Program-made: the position numbers and the translations under genes
The notes under the pieces: model-generated
Told to the model about the DNA's origin: nothing
Seen by the model: the letters and a program-made list of their open reading frames with translations, nothing else
Databases searched by the model: none
Part shown: positions 19,405-29,409 of the stretch, one piece after another
Position numbering within the stretch: position 1 is the stretch's first letter
Layout of the letters: the number at the start of each line of letters is the position of its first letter
Assembly (NCBI GenBank): GCA_054661495.1
Contig: BAAFSQ010000116.1
Location: 1 to 29,409 of the forward strand
Origin: Zygophlyctis sp. KS116
Taxonomy: Eukaryota; Fungi; Chytridiomycota
Reading direction: 5' to 3'
DNA length: 29,409 nt

Positions 19405-20333
19405 CTAGTATGCTGATTTACCAACAACTCGAATATCCAATCTCTGTCCTACAAAGTTACCTCTACTAATTACTTTAATTAAACTTACGGTGGGTCATAA
19501 TGACAGACCATGTATCTAGTATTTCTGTTATCGGCATAAGCACAACCTAATCTAACAGAAGAAGGCCAAGCCAACTAGATCTTTAAAAATATTAATATTA
19601 CCTGTGTAAAGTGGCCATAAGCACTAAAATCTCCTTCTCCAATCTTTTCGTTATTATATAAGCTGTATTCATTGAACCATGCATCAACTGCAGAAAAACA
19701 GCTGGGATTACCATTTGTGTTTGAATAAAGATTTTCACCAGATTTAGAATGTTTGAGTCCGAAATTCACATCCGCTAAATGTATTGCCCAATTATTGGCA
19801 TCTCTTGCCAACTCACTACTCCAGGAATAGCTACTGATTTTTGTTTTATCAGTAATTTTTTCCAACATTCCTCGGTACTTGTTGTGCTGATTTAAGCAGC
19901 CCCAAGCCCAGTTATTCCTATCTGTTCCGGCATTGCCAGTGTTTCCGGCATTGCCAGTGTTTCCAGTGTTTCCAGTGTTTCCAGTAGTGCCAGTGTTTCC
20001 AGTAGTGCCAGTGTTTCCAGTACCACCAGTGTTTCCAGTACCACCAGTGTTTCCAGTACCACCAGTATTACTAGTAGTCCCATTGGTAGTAGTATTACCA
20101 CCAACTCCAGGATTAGTTGTGTTATTGGTAGAGTTTGTTGAAGGACCATTGTCTATGGGTATCAAATCAAAGATTTGAGTTGCATCATTATAATTCTTTT
20201 GGAATTTAGCTCTCGGGGAATCCCAAGTGGCAGTAGATAAAATCAGTCCTATCATAGACAACAGGAGACAAACAATAAATGATATTATATATGGTTTCCA
20301 TTTTAGATTAATATGCTGTTTTAGCTGCAGCAT
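19405..20333 (-). CDS. Membrane-anchored CAP/PR-1 (SCP) domain protein with Gly-X-Y stalk; 2 introns
   Basis: N-terminal TM helix; CLNQHNKYR, GENL, GHFTQLAW, LGCA and VCHYDPPGNF. TAG at 19405-19407. Confidence 0.9.
19920..20063 (-). repeat. 9-nt-period coding repeat giving 16 consecutive Gly-X-Y triplets (GNT/GGT/GTT/GNA)
   Basis: Arrays of ccagtgttt, ccagtagtg and ccagtacca on the + strand. Confidence 0.95.
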
Positions 20334-20399
20334 TTTATGTTCTTTCAGACGGCCAATAACGCCACCATTTCTATTTTTAGAGTTATTGCTTATAATAAT

Positions 20400-22915
20400 C
20401 TATTCGTCTATTTTTGCAACTTGATCATTCTTGCGCTTATGTTTCTGTCGTTCTTTTTTAGGGGGGCTTGAGCGTTCTTGAGATGGTTCCCGAATAAAAG
20501 GCTGAAGTTTCGGACTCGAAAGAGAAAATGCAGGGGGTTCCTGAGATCTGCTTTTAGATTCAAATTTATCTTGTTCTTTTGATGATATAGCATGCTCTAA
20601 TGATATTCCCTCTGGAAGATCAACTTTTTTTTTGATTATATACTTTTTGGGCTTTTTTGAGGTTTCGAGTTCTTCTAAATGCATATCTTTCGGGCTTTTC
20701 ATATCACCAGATTGAAGAGAAAGTTTCATTAAAGGTATATCATCCACTATGTTTTCACTAGCCCCAGAAATATAATACACATCATTTTGGAACTTGGCGT
20801 TATGAGGTTCAATTGTGGATTCCAAAATCTCATCCGGCTCTTCATCGTCTGAAAAGTAATCCTCTAATTTCAAATCGATTGAGAAATCTTCATAAATCCA
20901 TTTGTCTATATCAATCTCTGAAGGCTTTAAGACTAGATTTTGTGCATGGGGTAAAATAGGATTTAATTCTTCTTGGAATATAAATCGTGCATTGTAGTGA
21001 AGGAATAATAGTGCTTCTTTCCAAGAACTCATTTTTGAAGCTCTTTCTGAAAGTTCGCGCAATATAAATATGAACTGTGAAGCCTAGCTTTTATGAAAAT
21101 ACGAGTACTTACTCTCTGTTGTACTTCTAAATATTCAGATCCACAAAAATTCCGTAAATGATCAGTATATAGCTTGCAAATTGATTTAAAATCTATCTCA
21201 CTTTGTATAGCTCCAATCCAAAATGAAAACAATTTAAACGATGATTGAATAAATACCCCTTGAATTTCACATGTTAAATTAGCCAAATTTTCATTGGTCA
21301 GAATCAAAAAAGCATTCATAGAAGTGGGTACAAATTGGGGATATTCACCAATTATAAATCCAGCGGCGACAAAAATTTCAAGATTGAATATATCTTTTGT
21401 CTCTTGATCCAATAATTTCAGCTTAAAATTAGATATAATTCAAAAACTTACTAGTTGAGTTATAGCATATTCACGAATCTCTGGAACTCTTAAAGTGATA
21501 TCAATCATCAAATCCGACAATTTATGACCCAGCGCCAATCCTGATACCTTGGAGAGCTCTATAAGTATCTCAATAATCCATTCAAAATCTTTTGTGAGAG
21601 AAATAAGTTGTACCTTCTACGTATTCAAATGTATCTTTAGCAATTATTTCAAGGATACAGCATGCCGCATTTGTCCTGTAATCATTACTTTCTTCTACAG
21701 AGCTAGATCCCAATTCGTCTCTTGAAAGAAGAACATGAGCCATTAATTTCTGAGTTAAATCAAGAAAGTTTTCATGGATCACCATCCGTGGAATCAATCC
21801 CAGCGCACTCGATGAAACCGATAACTCTCCATTTTCCAAGGATCTAATAATACTATCAGTAAATAAGCTTGCGATCTCTGGTCTTATATCCAAAAGATCT
21901 TTTAATGTTGCTAAACCAAGAACATTCAGATTTACATCTTCTACTGAAAGAAGCATTTTTAGCTTTTTACAGATTAATTCAAGTAAAAATTCTGTTGAAT
22001 TCTCTACCTGTGATTCTTTTGTACCAATAAATCCACCAAGAATTACTGTCCTTATACATACATGCAATAAAGACAACGCATTCGTATTTTGAATTATATC
22101 AGATAAAATATCAGCTAATTTTCTTATTAAACGAGGCTCAATCAGCGTAAAAGAAACAAACTAGAAAATTACCAAAGAAAGTTATACCAATTTAACAATT
22201 TTCAATCGTATCCAGACAGATGTACTTGATTTCAACAATTGGAAGAATTTAGGAGCAAGAAACAGATAGGATTTTGGGTGCCTTGTTCCTAATTCCACAA
22301 TCACGTTAACAGCAGTTGAAACAACAGTAGGATCAGGATCATCAAGTTTATCTTTTAAAAGTGGAAACGCTTGTTGCAATGATTCTGGATAGTGAACAAA
22401 CATTCTAAATAAGACAAGAATTGATCTTTTCCTTATACCAGGGGATGAATGTTTTAACATACCAATAAGTTCCACGGTTAAATCTCTTGCCAGATCGTGA
22501 GAAACTATTTGTGCGAGTGAGTGCAAGGCAATGCAAGACTCTGCATACATATTTGAGCTCAAGTCCTTCTTGATCAAGTTAGTAGTGAGCATCAGAACCG
22601 GATTTGGCATGTTAAAAACAAATGTAGCGCATAAATAACCAATTCTCTAATTTGGGTAAATTTAATGATTACCTTTTTCTGCAAATCACTACAAGCCATT
22701 AGTTCCACCACATGAAAAGCTGCCCAACTCATATCAAATCCTAGCATATGGAGGTAGCTTAGCTTTGCAACTGCTTCTGCCTTGAGAGCCAAATCATCAG
22801 ATTTAATTTCAGTTTGTATTTCCCTTAAACATTTTGATATAAAATCCTGTTCTGTATGAGTTTTAGCACTTGATCGCAGTCCTCTGATTAGATCTGTAAG
22901 AGTTTTCTCAAACAT
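20400..22915 (-). CDS. APL5: AP-3 adaptor complex subunit delta; 5 introns
   Basis: MFEKTLTDLIRGLR, KLSYLHMLGFDMSWAAFHVVE, LMLTTNLIKKDL, ELNPI.PHAQ and a basic hinge region. Confidence 0.95.
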
Positions 22916-22972
22916 CAAAACGTGTGCGTTTAGCTTGCGGAGACTTCAAAATCACAGCAGTTGTTGCATTTA
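22916..22972. promoter_or_regulatory. 57-nt divergent promoter region (AP-3 delta / RMD1-like)
   Basis: Head-to-head ATGs at 22915 (-) and 22973 (+), with CpG-rich core CGTGTGCGTTTAGCTTGCGG. Confidence 0.55.
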
Positions 22973-24370
22973 ATGGCATCGTTTCCACCACCGACAGATA
23001 TGAATAGACGCTCTTACTCTGCAAATGCTCTATTACAGGAGAATGCAAACTCCACTACCCGCAACAAAACTAATCTAAGAAGCACCAAAAACACTGAGAA
23101 ACTCGTCATATTCCCATCTGTTCAACCAAAGAAGAATTTAAATGATTCTTTCAAGGCTGCAGATGCTGCTTTTAATGTTTTTGACACATTAAACGAAAAT
23201 CAAATGACAGATGCTGAGAAAATGTCAAAGGAGAATCGAAAGGATCATCCAAGAGTCAGTTCATACTGTTTAGGAAATGGTTTTAATTTAGATGAAATAT
23301 CAAGGTAAATATTTGCTCAAGAATACAAGCATTAAAATTTTCTTTGGCTCTGAAAGAAATGATCAAAGCATCATGCTTGGTTATCCAAATATTTACATTT
23401 TAGTTTTGTTACAAGCTCACATTCAGTTTTTGTAAAAACCTGGGACGAATGCCTCTACGTTGTCTATGAATATTATTTAAAGACAATATTATTTAGTCCG
23501 GAATTATCTCAAAATTCACGGGCTCAGACTTCAAATGTTTCTCAATCTTTGGAAAATTTGTATACTGAAAGAGAGTCAAGAACAGAGTATTTTGGTATAT
23601 TGCAATCTCAAGATGATCATTATCGTCCAGCAGATTGGGCGCATGGCATTCCGAAATGGATGTTAAGAGGAGAGATTTTCATATTTGACTATGGAGTCGT
23701 GGTGCTTTGGAATTTCACTGAAAGTGAAGAAAGGAAGGTTTTATCAACTTTACTGAATTTCTGTAATCGTCCAATCAATAATACGGATCTACCAATGGAA
23801 GATATGAATTATCAATATGATTTGTTTAGCAGTAATCCGCCAAGAATGTTTTCAGATATGATCACTCTAAAAAGCTCAAGTCCTCTAATTAAATTGACAA
23901 TTTCGCATGCACTGGCTCAATCAGTAAAACTTAGTTATTTTGAAGATGTCATGGATGCAACTATTGATAGCACTTATAAACTTCCAAAGATGATGGAAAA
24001 ATATGGCAAAGTTAATATGACTCGAAATGATATAATGAAACTAGTTGGGCATCTTTTTGGACTTAAGATGGATGTGAATCTCATATCGAACGTATTGGAT
24101 ACCCCAGAATTGTTCTATTCTGAGCCAGAGCTTAAGAATTTGTATAATGCAATCCGTGAGTATATGGAAATTTCTCAAAGAGCAACAGTTCTCAATACTA
24201 GAGCAGATATTGTATCGGATTTATTAGAGATGCTTTCCGATCACTTAAACTTAAATGAAATGACTTATATAACTTGGATAATCATCCTACTAATTTGTGC
24301 AGCTGTAATTATAGCTATTGGTGAAGTGTATGTAAAATATTTACGCCTCCTAGCTGGAATGGACGACTGA
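22973..24370 (+). CDS. RMD1: RMD1/DUF155 family protein; one 99-nt intron 23305-23403
   Basis: PRVSSYC, DECLY, EIFIFDYGVVVLWNFT, TISHALAQSVKL, NVLDTPELF and a C-terminal TM helix. Confidence 0.85.
23305..23403 (+). other. Atypically long intron folding as an extended hairpin; candidate intronic structured RNA
   Basis: Three nested inverted repeats: GTAAATATTTG/CAAATATTTAC, CAAGCAT/ATGCTTG and TTTCTTT/AAAGAAA. Confidence 0.55.
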
Positions 24371-24375
24371 TACGT

Positions 24376-27300
24376 TTATTTGACTCTAAGAACTCCTCTA
24401 ATTCGCATAATAAAAACTAAAAACTGATTTTGATATTCCTTGGGGATTAAAATAACAATTTACCGTGAAGTATTTCAAAGTTCTGTTGGTGCCATAAAAG
24501 TCTCCAAAACCCATGGACAGCTTCCCATCTCTAATATCATTGTGTTGCAACTCTGCAACTTGCATCATAATCTTTGTGAGAGCATGAAATTCAATAGAAA
24601 GCTTCCCTTGAACATTCAAATCCCCATGTTGACTGAGAAGCTGTTGCACTAAATTACCAAATGTTTCCTATTTTTACTGAAACTATCTTTACCTGTCTTG
24701 CCATCGCTAATCCAAAAAGAGCATCGCCCTATGTAATCAACGAAAAAATTAAATACAGCATGAGAAACTAAGTCCGAATCGAAATCCTCAAACATAATAT
24801 ATTGAAACGTATGTTGCAAAAGAAAATCTAGCTGATTGACCATGAACTGCACTTTTTCTGGGCCTTTTTATAAATAAACAATTTTGAAATACCAAACTTT
24901 GTTATTTCAAACCACGCATGAAAACCAATAAATACTATAGCATCAAAAGCACAACTCGAAACGGAAAATACTGTATGTTTGATTCCGTAAACCAAGGAGT
25001 GTAAAAGGTTCGAGAGCAAGGATATGTCCATTTCCGGAAGCTTATCAGGGAAGTATTCAAATATTTCGGATACGAGAGCTATAAATTCTTTGCATAGTGA
25101 TGGATACTATATCATTAGCCGTCAAAATACATACTTCTAACATTGTAGGTGTAATTAGCGGTATAATAAGTCCTATTCCATTAAACATCAACTGGTAGAG
25201 ATTTGATTCCCCAAATTTCACCTGCCGCTGCATCAAAATTTGAGATTTGTCTATGGTCAATTCATTTTAAGTACCAAGGCCCTCGAATTCTCCGGTAATC
25301 AAACTTGTTAACATCTCCAAGACAGTTGATAAATCTTCAAAGAGCTCTTCTTCGTCGCATTTTCGGGTTCCACGTTTTCGGACTACAGTAAAATAAAAAA
25401 ACACTTACATGTTTCATTTTTTGTGTAAACTGCTAAAAGCCTCGAAATTCCAGAATAAAATACAGTTTTTTGATCTGGAGCCAACATTTCAAACACCTTT
25501 ATATGAATTTCTTGATATATACCATATTAGCAGCCAGGTGGGCGAAAATTCGCAGAACGTAAATTTCAAACTCTGGAAAGTTATGGTAAAGATCCAATAA
25601 TTTGATAAATGAATCAAAATGCTTTGCGCAAGCTTCGAAAATGGGGCTGGAATTAATCTCGTCCGCTGCCATACTGAGCCCATCATACATTTCCAATATG
25701 CCAACAATTTTTTCCATGAAATTCTGTTCTTTATAAACTGAGTTGAAATCAGGTCGTCCTATGAGAGCTGATAATTGTAACTAGTATTTTAGCGAATTGA
25801 TAAACTGCCTTACGTCAATGGCTCCGCTTAAACTTGTAAAATATGTGGCCCGTAATTCTGGGTTACCTGCATGGGTAGCTATATCCGCTATTGTTTCCAC
25901 TAATAAACTCTGTACGTTTGATGGCATATTAGAGATATTGTGAAGGAAAAATGTGACGAGATGGTTGAATTTTTCTACCGTAAGCAAAAACAAATATTTT
26001 ACCAGAAGTAAGCATTTGGTTTCGAGTCAAATTATTGAGTGAAAAGCATTTAAGACACATAATCAACTGGACTTTATAAACAAAATATCATACCTGACTG
26101 ACAATATCAGCTTCACTCGACCATGTACCCAAATTCTTGTGAATTTTTTCAATTAAATAATCAAGAACTTGTGGGCCCTCCCCAGGAGTACCGAATGTTT
26201 GAACTAAGGATTGACTATCGTAAAATTTGAGATTATTACCTGATAAATGGATAATCAGCTGTATCCATCATTAGATAAGTCCTGGACCAACGCTTGATAA
26301 ACCAAAAAACGGTCTCAACAAGTGCTGGACTGCAAATATCAAACTAATGGATAAATAAACAACACTATATCTTACCTTTGGCGTACCAGGTTCCACTGCA
26401 AGGGTCTCCAATAGATGAAGAGAAACCTTTGACAGTGTGATGACGGGATCCTCCTGAAAGCCACCTTGAGATTTGGAATATTTAAGAATCGACATTGGAA
26501 TCATTGGAGTTTCACCTATCGGCGGATCAGCCATAAAATGGCCAGTTAGCATCAAAAGCCAATGGATCTGCTCAAACAATATTGGGAAACGAGCATCTAT
26601 ATATTAAACCTTCAAAAAACGATTTACCATAATTTCCCATATTTAAAAGCTGATCCAAAAGTTCCACACGCGGAGCAAGCAATTCCAGCAGCTTTCCAAT
26701 GGATACATGCGGATTCATTCGGGCGATGAGGGCGGAGTTGGTTAAACTTTCCATATACATGTCTTGATCTTTAAATCCATGTTCGTCTTCCTCATTTTTT
26801 AAAGCATTAGATTCAGCAAATCGAAGAATAAAATTGATATAATCAATCCACAATGCAGATGATATATTCGAGATTAGAGAAAGAAGATTTGACATGGAAA
26901 AAGTTTTGATTTCTTGATTAGTCGCCCTATTTTGACTATCCAGCAAGTCAATATCCTGAATCAGAGTAGCCCAAACATCTAAAATATCGTCTAAACTTTC
27001 TATTAAAGGATCGTCCTCTTCTGGTGAGCAGAAAGAAATCACTAAAAGACTTGTTTTTCCCAACTCTTCTAGCAATCTGCTAAAATCAGGAATAGGCCCA
27101 AACTTGTCCAAGTGATGATTATGCAAAAGACGGGTTGTTATTTGAGTGATTCCCAACAATTCATCTTCATCAGTCGCATCTCTAGAAACAGATTTCCTTA
27201 AAAACCTAATTTCTTTAATAATCAAATCTTACATTGAGATCAACTCCAAGAGAAACCGAACAAATGCCGGTAAAAAAGTAGAATTTTCATCAAAACTATC

Positions 27301-28184
27301 TCCTGAAATACATGCCAATTGAATCAAACATTGCCTACTTTTATCTTTATCCCCAGCCAATAATAGTTGATGACCTTTAAAAACCAACTGGATTATTTCA
27401 CCTTGAGCAATCTGATCAGTCCATTGCTTTGGTAGTCCTATAGACCAACTACTAACATCATCATCAGATTTACTTAAAAACTGATTTGAAACCAATTCAT
27501 CTAAAACATTACTACTTAAAACTTGCCATGTACAAATTCCCAAGATAAAACCTTTTCAATAATCATGTAACATGATCGTAATAAAATTCTTTGAGAATCA
27601 GAATATTGTTGTACGACATTGTGCATCAGACCCAATACTCTACTAAAAACCTGCAACAATTTCTCTTGAAATATTTTACGAGTCAAAAAATGAAATTCTC
27701 TAGGAAGACCAACATTAGATGCCTTATCAGAACTAAATTCATTTAGTAGAGCTGAAATTATTGTAAGAGATGTAGCTTTAGCATGATCATCTTGATCTAG
27801 TAAATTATATAATAATCCTAAAAACTCTAGTCTCTCCTGCTCTGAATCATCCATCCAAGATCTTTTAGAGATGAGTGCCACAACCTGAGCAATTTCTTCC
27901 CGTACATAATGAACCATATCAATCCGTATCAGTTTAATCAATGATAATCTAATTTCCTGAAGAATACCTCTTGACTCTATTGCATAATGATTCATGGCCC
28001 AAGATCCCAACCCAGACGCTGCATGAAACTGTTGTATTGGAACATTTTGCATTTCCAAGACTTGCAGATAAAATCTATACACTTGATTTTCTAATCTTAG
28101 CGCTGAAAGATAAGATTCTGCATCAACTCTCTTTGATGGATCCGAGAGAGAAGAGCATGCATTCTCAAAAGTTGTAAAATTCAT
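24376..28184 (-). CDS. XPO4: Exportin-4-like importin-beta family protein; ~14 tiny introns including one GC-AG
   Basis: N-terminal FENACS..RVDAESYL, EFSSDKASNVGLPREFH, LFEQIHWLLMLTGH, SPALVETVFWFIKRWSRTYL and C-terminal IRGVLRVK. TAA at 24376-24378. Confidence 0.85.
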
Positions 28185-28187
28185 TTT

Positions 28188-29031
28188 TTATTCCTTCCTA
28201 TACCACTCACAATCTACAACTCTATGAATATCCCATCTCTGTACAGGATCAACATTCAAGAGTCCATTAAGAATCTCTAATAACCCTGAATATTTTGAAT
28301 TAGAGTCATCAATACTAGTAAAACTAGACAACTTTAACAGTATAACTCCTAGTCCCCACATATCAATTTTCATACCTTCTAATCTATTACTATATTCCAC
28401 TTCAGGAGGAGAAAATCCTGGAGAACCTTTATAATCTCTTGAATCCAAGACCTTGATCCCTCTAGAACTTGATCCAAAATCCAATAATTTTACATGATTA
28501 GAAGCATTAATTAGAATATTTTCAAATTTTAGATCAAGATGACAAATTAAATTTAAATGCAAATATAGTAAACATGATACAATCTGTTTAAAGATTTTAT
28601 AAACAGAATTATGAGATAGAATAGGATTTTTAGACAAGAAATCAAATAAATCCTAAAATTACTTTTTTTAAATTTACCATTGAATCTTTCAAAGTAGAAG
28701 TTATTATATAAAAATTCCAATCATCTTCCAATAACTCTTTAAAATCTATAATATTTGGATGATTTAATTTAGAGAGTATAGAGACTTCCAATGGAACCAT
28801 TCCCAATTTAGAATCATTAGTCCAAGACAAGAGAGGAATCCTTGTTTTTTTTAGAATTTTACAAGCAAATTCCATTGAATCCGTCTTTCTAGAGACAAGA
28901 AAGACTGTAGCAGAGGCTCCAATCCCTAATTCCCTATTTAGAGAGTAATCGTCAAGTTTATTAAAGAGATTGTTTAGAGTAAATGGATTATGTAATTCAA
29001 ATTCAATACTAGAATTTATAGATTGAATCAT
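28188..29031 (-). CDS. Ser/Thr protein kinase, stand-alone PASK-like catalytic domain; one 25-nt intron
   Basis: LGIGASATV, ACKILKK.RI...W..DSKLGMVPLEV (PASK-type insert), MDLFDF after splicing, HLDLKFEN, DFG and DMWGLG. Confidence 0.85.
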
Positions 29032-29103
29032 GAGCTTATGTTTAGATAAAATTCTAGATCCCAACCGCTAAGATTGAGAACTCTAGAACTCTCTTTAGTA
29101 GTA

Positions 29104-29376
29104 TTACAGAGTCCAGATCAAGAGAATACAATTTATTCCTCTGATCCCATACACTACATATTCATCCATTTTAAATATCTCAGTCTCAGAATTCCAGGAT
29201 TTTGAGATTTTAGATAAAATTCCAGAAATATCACTAGCAACTCCAACTCCAGAATAGGAAATAGTAAAACCTTGTAAATCAGAGACAAGATATCCCTTTA
29301 CAATAGGATCTAAAGATCTAGAGTTTAAATTATGTAAATACATTGAATTTATTATTTCAGAAATTGAGAAATTCAT
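29104..29376 (-). CDS. Small roadblock-fold protein, LAMTOR5/HBXIP-like; probable in-frame 24-nt intron 29318-29341
   Basis: DPIVKGYLVSDLQGFTISYSG...DISGILSKI resembles, from memory, LAMTOR5 NPSIVGVLCTDSQGL...HAGVISVL. About 82 aa after splicing. Confidence 0.5.
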   Translation of the reverse strand: MNFSISEIINSMYLHNLNSRSLDPIVKGYLVSDLQGFTISYSGVGVASDISGILSKISKSWNSETEIFKMDEYVVYGIRGINCILLIWTL

Positions 29377-29409
29377 CTGATTTTGTGGTTGGTTCTGAGT
29401 AGCGGCTAA

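Noticed and set aside
19892-20178. Alternative-frame and antisense ORFs (LETL.. and PVFPV..)
   Set aside because: By-products of the 9-nt repeat in the CAP gene.
28182-28190. Stop-codon readthrough fusing kinase-XPO4 or SSU72-PFK
   Set aside because: The spacers are in frame, but TAA-A is a tight stop context, the third short junction is out of frame, and the fusions make no domain sense.
1-29409. Fragmented ORFs as pseudogenes, frameshifting or an alternative genetic code
   Set aside because: Every break I examined is repaired by a short GT-AG (once GC-AG) intron that restores conserved motifs. TAA, TAG and TGA all serve as true stops.

Overview
Very compact, AT-rich eukaryotic DNA using the standard genetic code. 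It most likely comes from an early-diverging fungus such as a chytrid; that is inferred from gene content and style, not proven. About 22 protein-coding genes are packed with spacers ranging from overlap to ~350 nt. They are split by roughly 50 tiny spliceosomal introns, mostly 24-33 nt, which explains the fragmented ORF track. Recognisable genes: a PX-domain protein, TFIIE-alpha, a GAF-GAF class III cyclase with degenerate catalytic residues, KAE1, PFK-2/FBPase-2, SSU72, TXNL1, an L-type lectin, a ZnT transporter, a CAP protein, AP-3 delta, an RMD1-family protein, exportin-4, a PASK-like kinase and a LAMTOR5-like protein. Main unexplained items: (1) five highly diverged, unnamed all-helical paralogs, four in tandem at 15.2-19.1 kb sharing an intron position and one intronless copy at 2.1-2.8 kb; (2) head-to-tail genes 3, 4 and 6 nt apart, plus convergent genes with overlapping or abutting stops; (3) one 99-nt intron that folds as a long hairpin; (4) an intronless secreted repeat protein rich in RTP and kinase-docking-like motifs. 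All gene models were spliced by eye and no database search was run.
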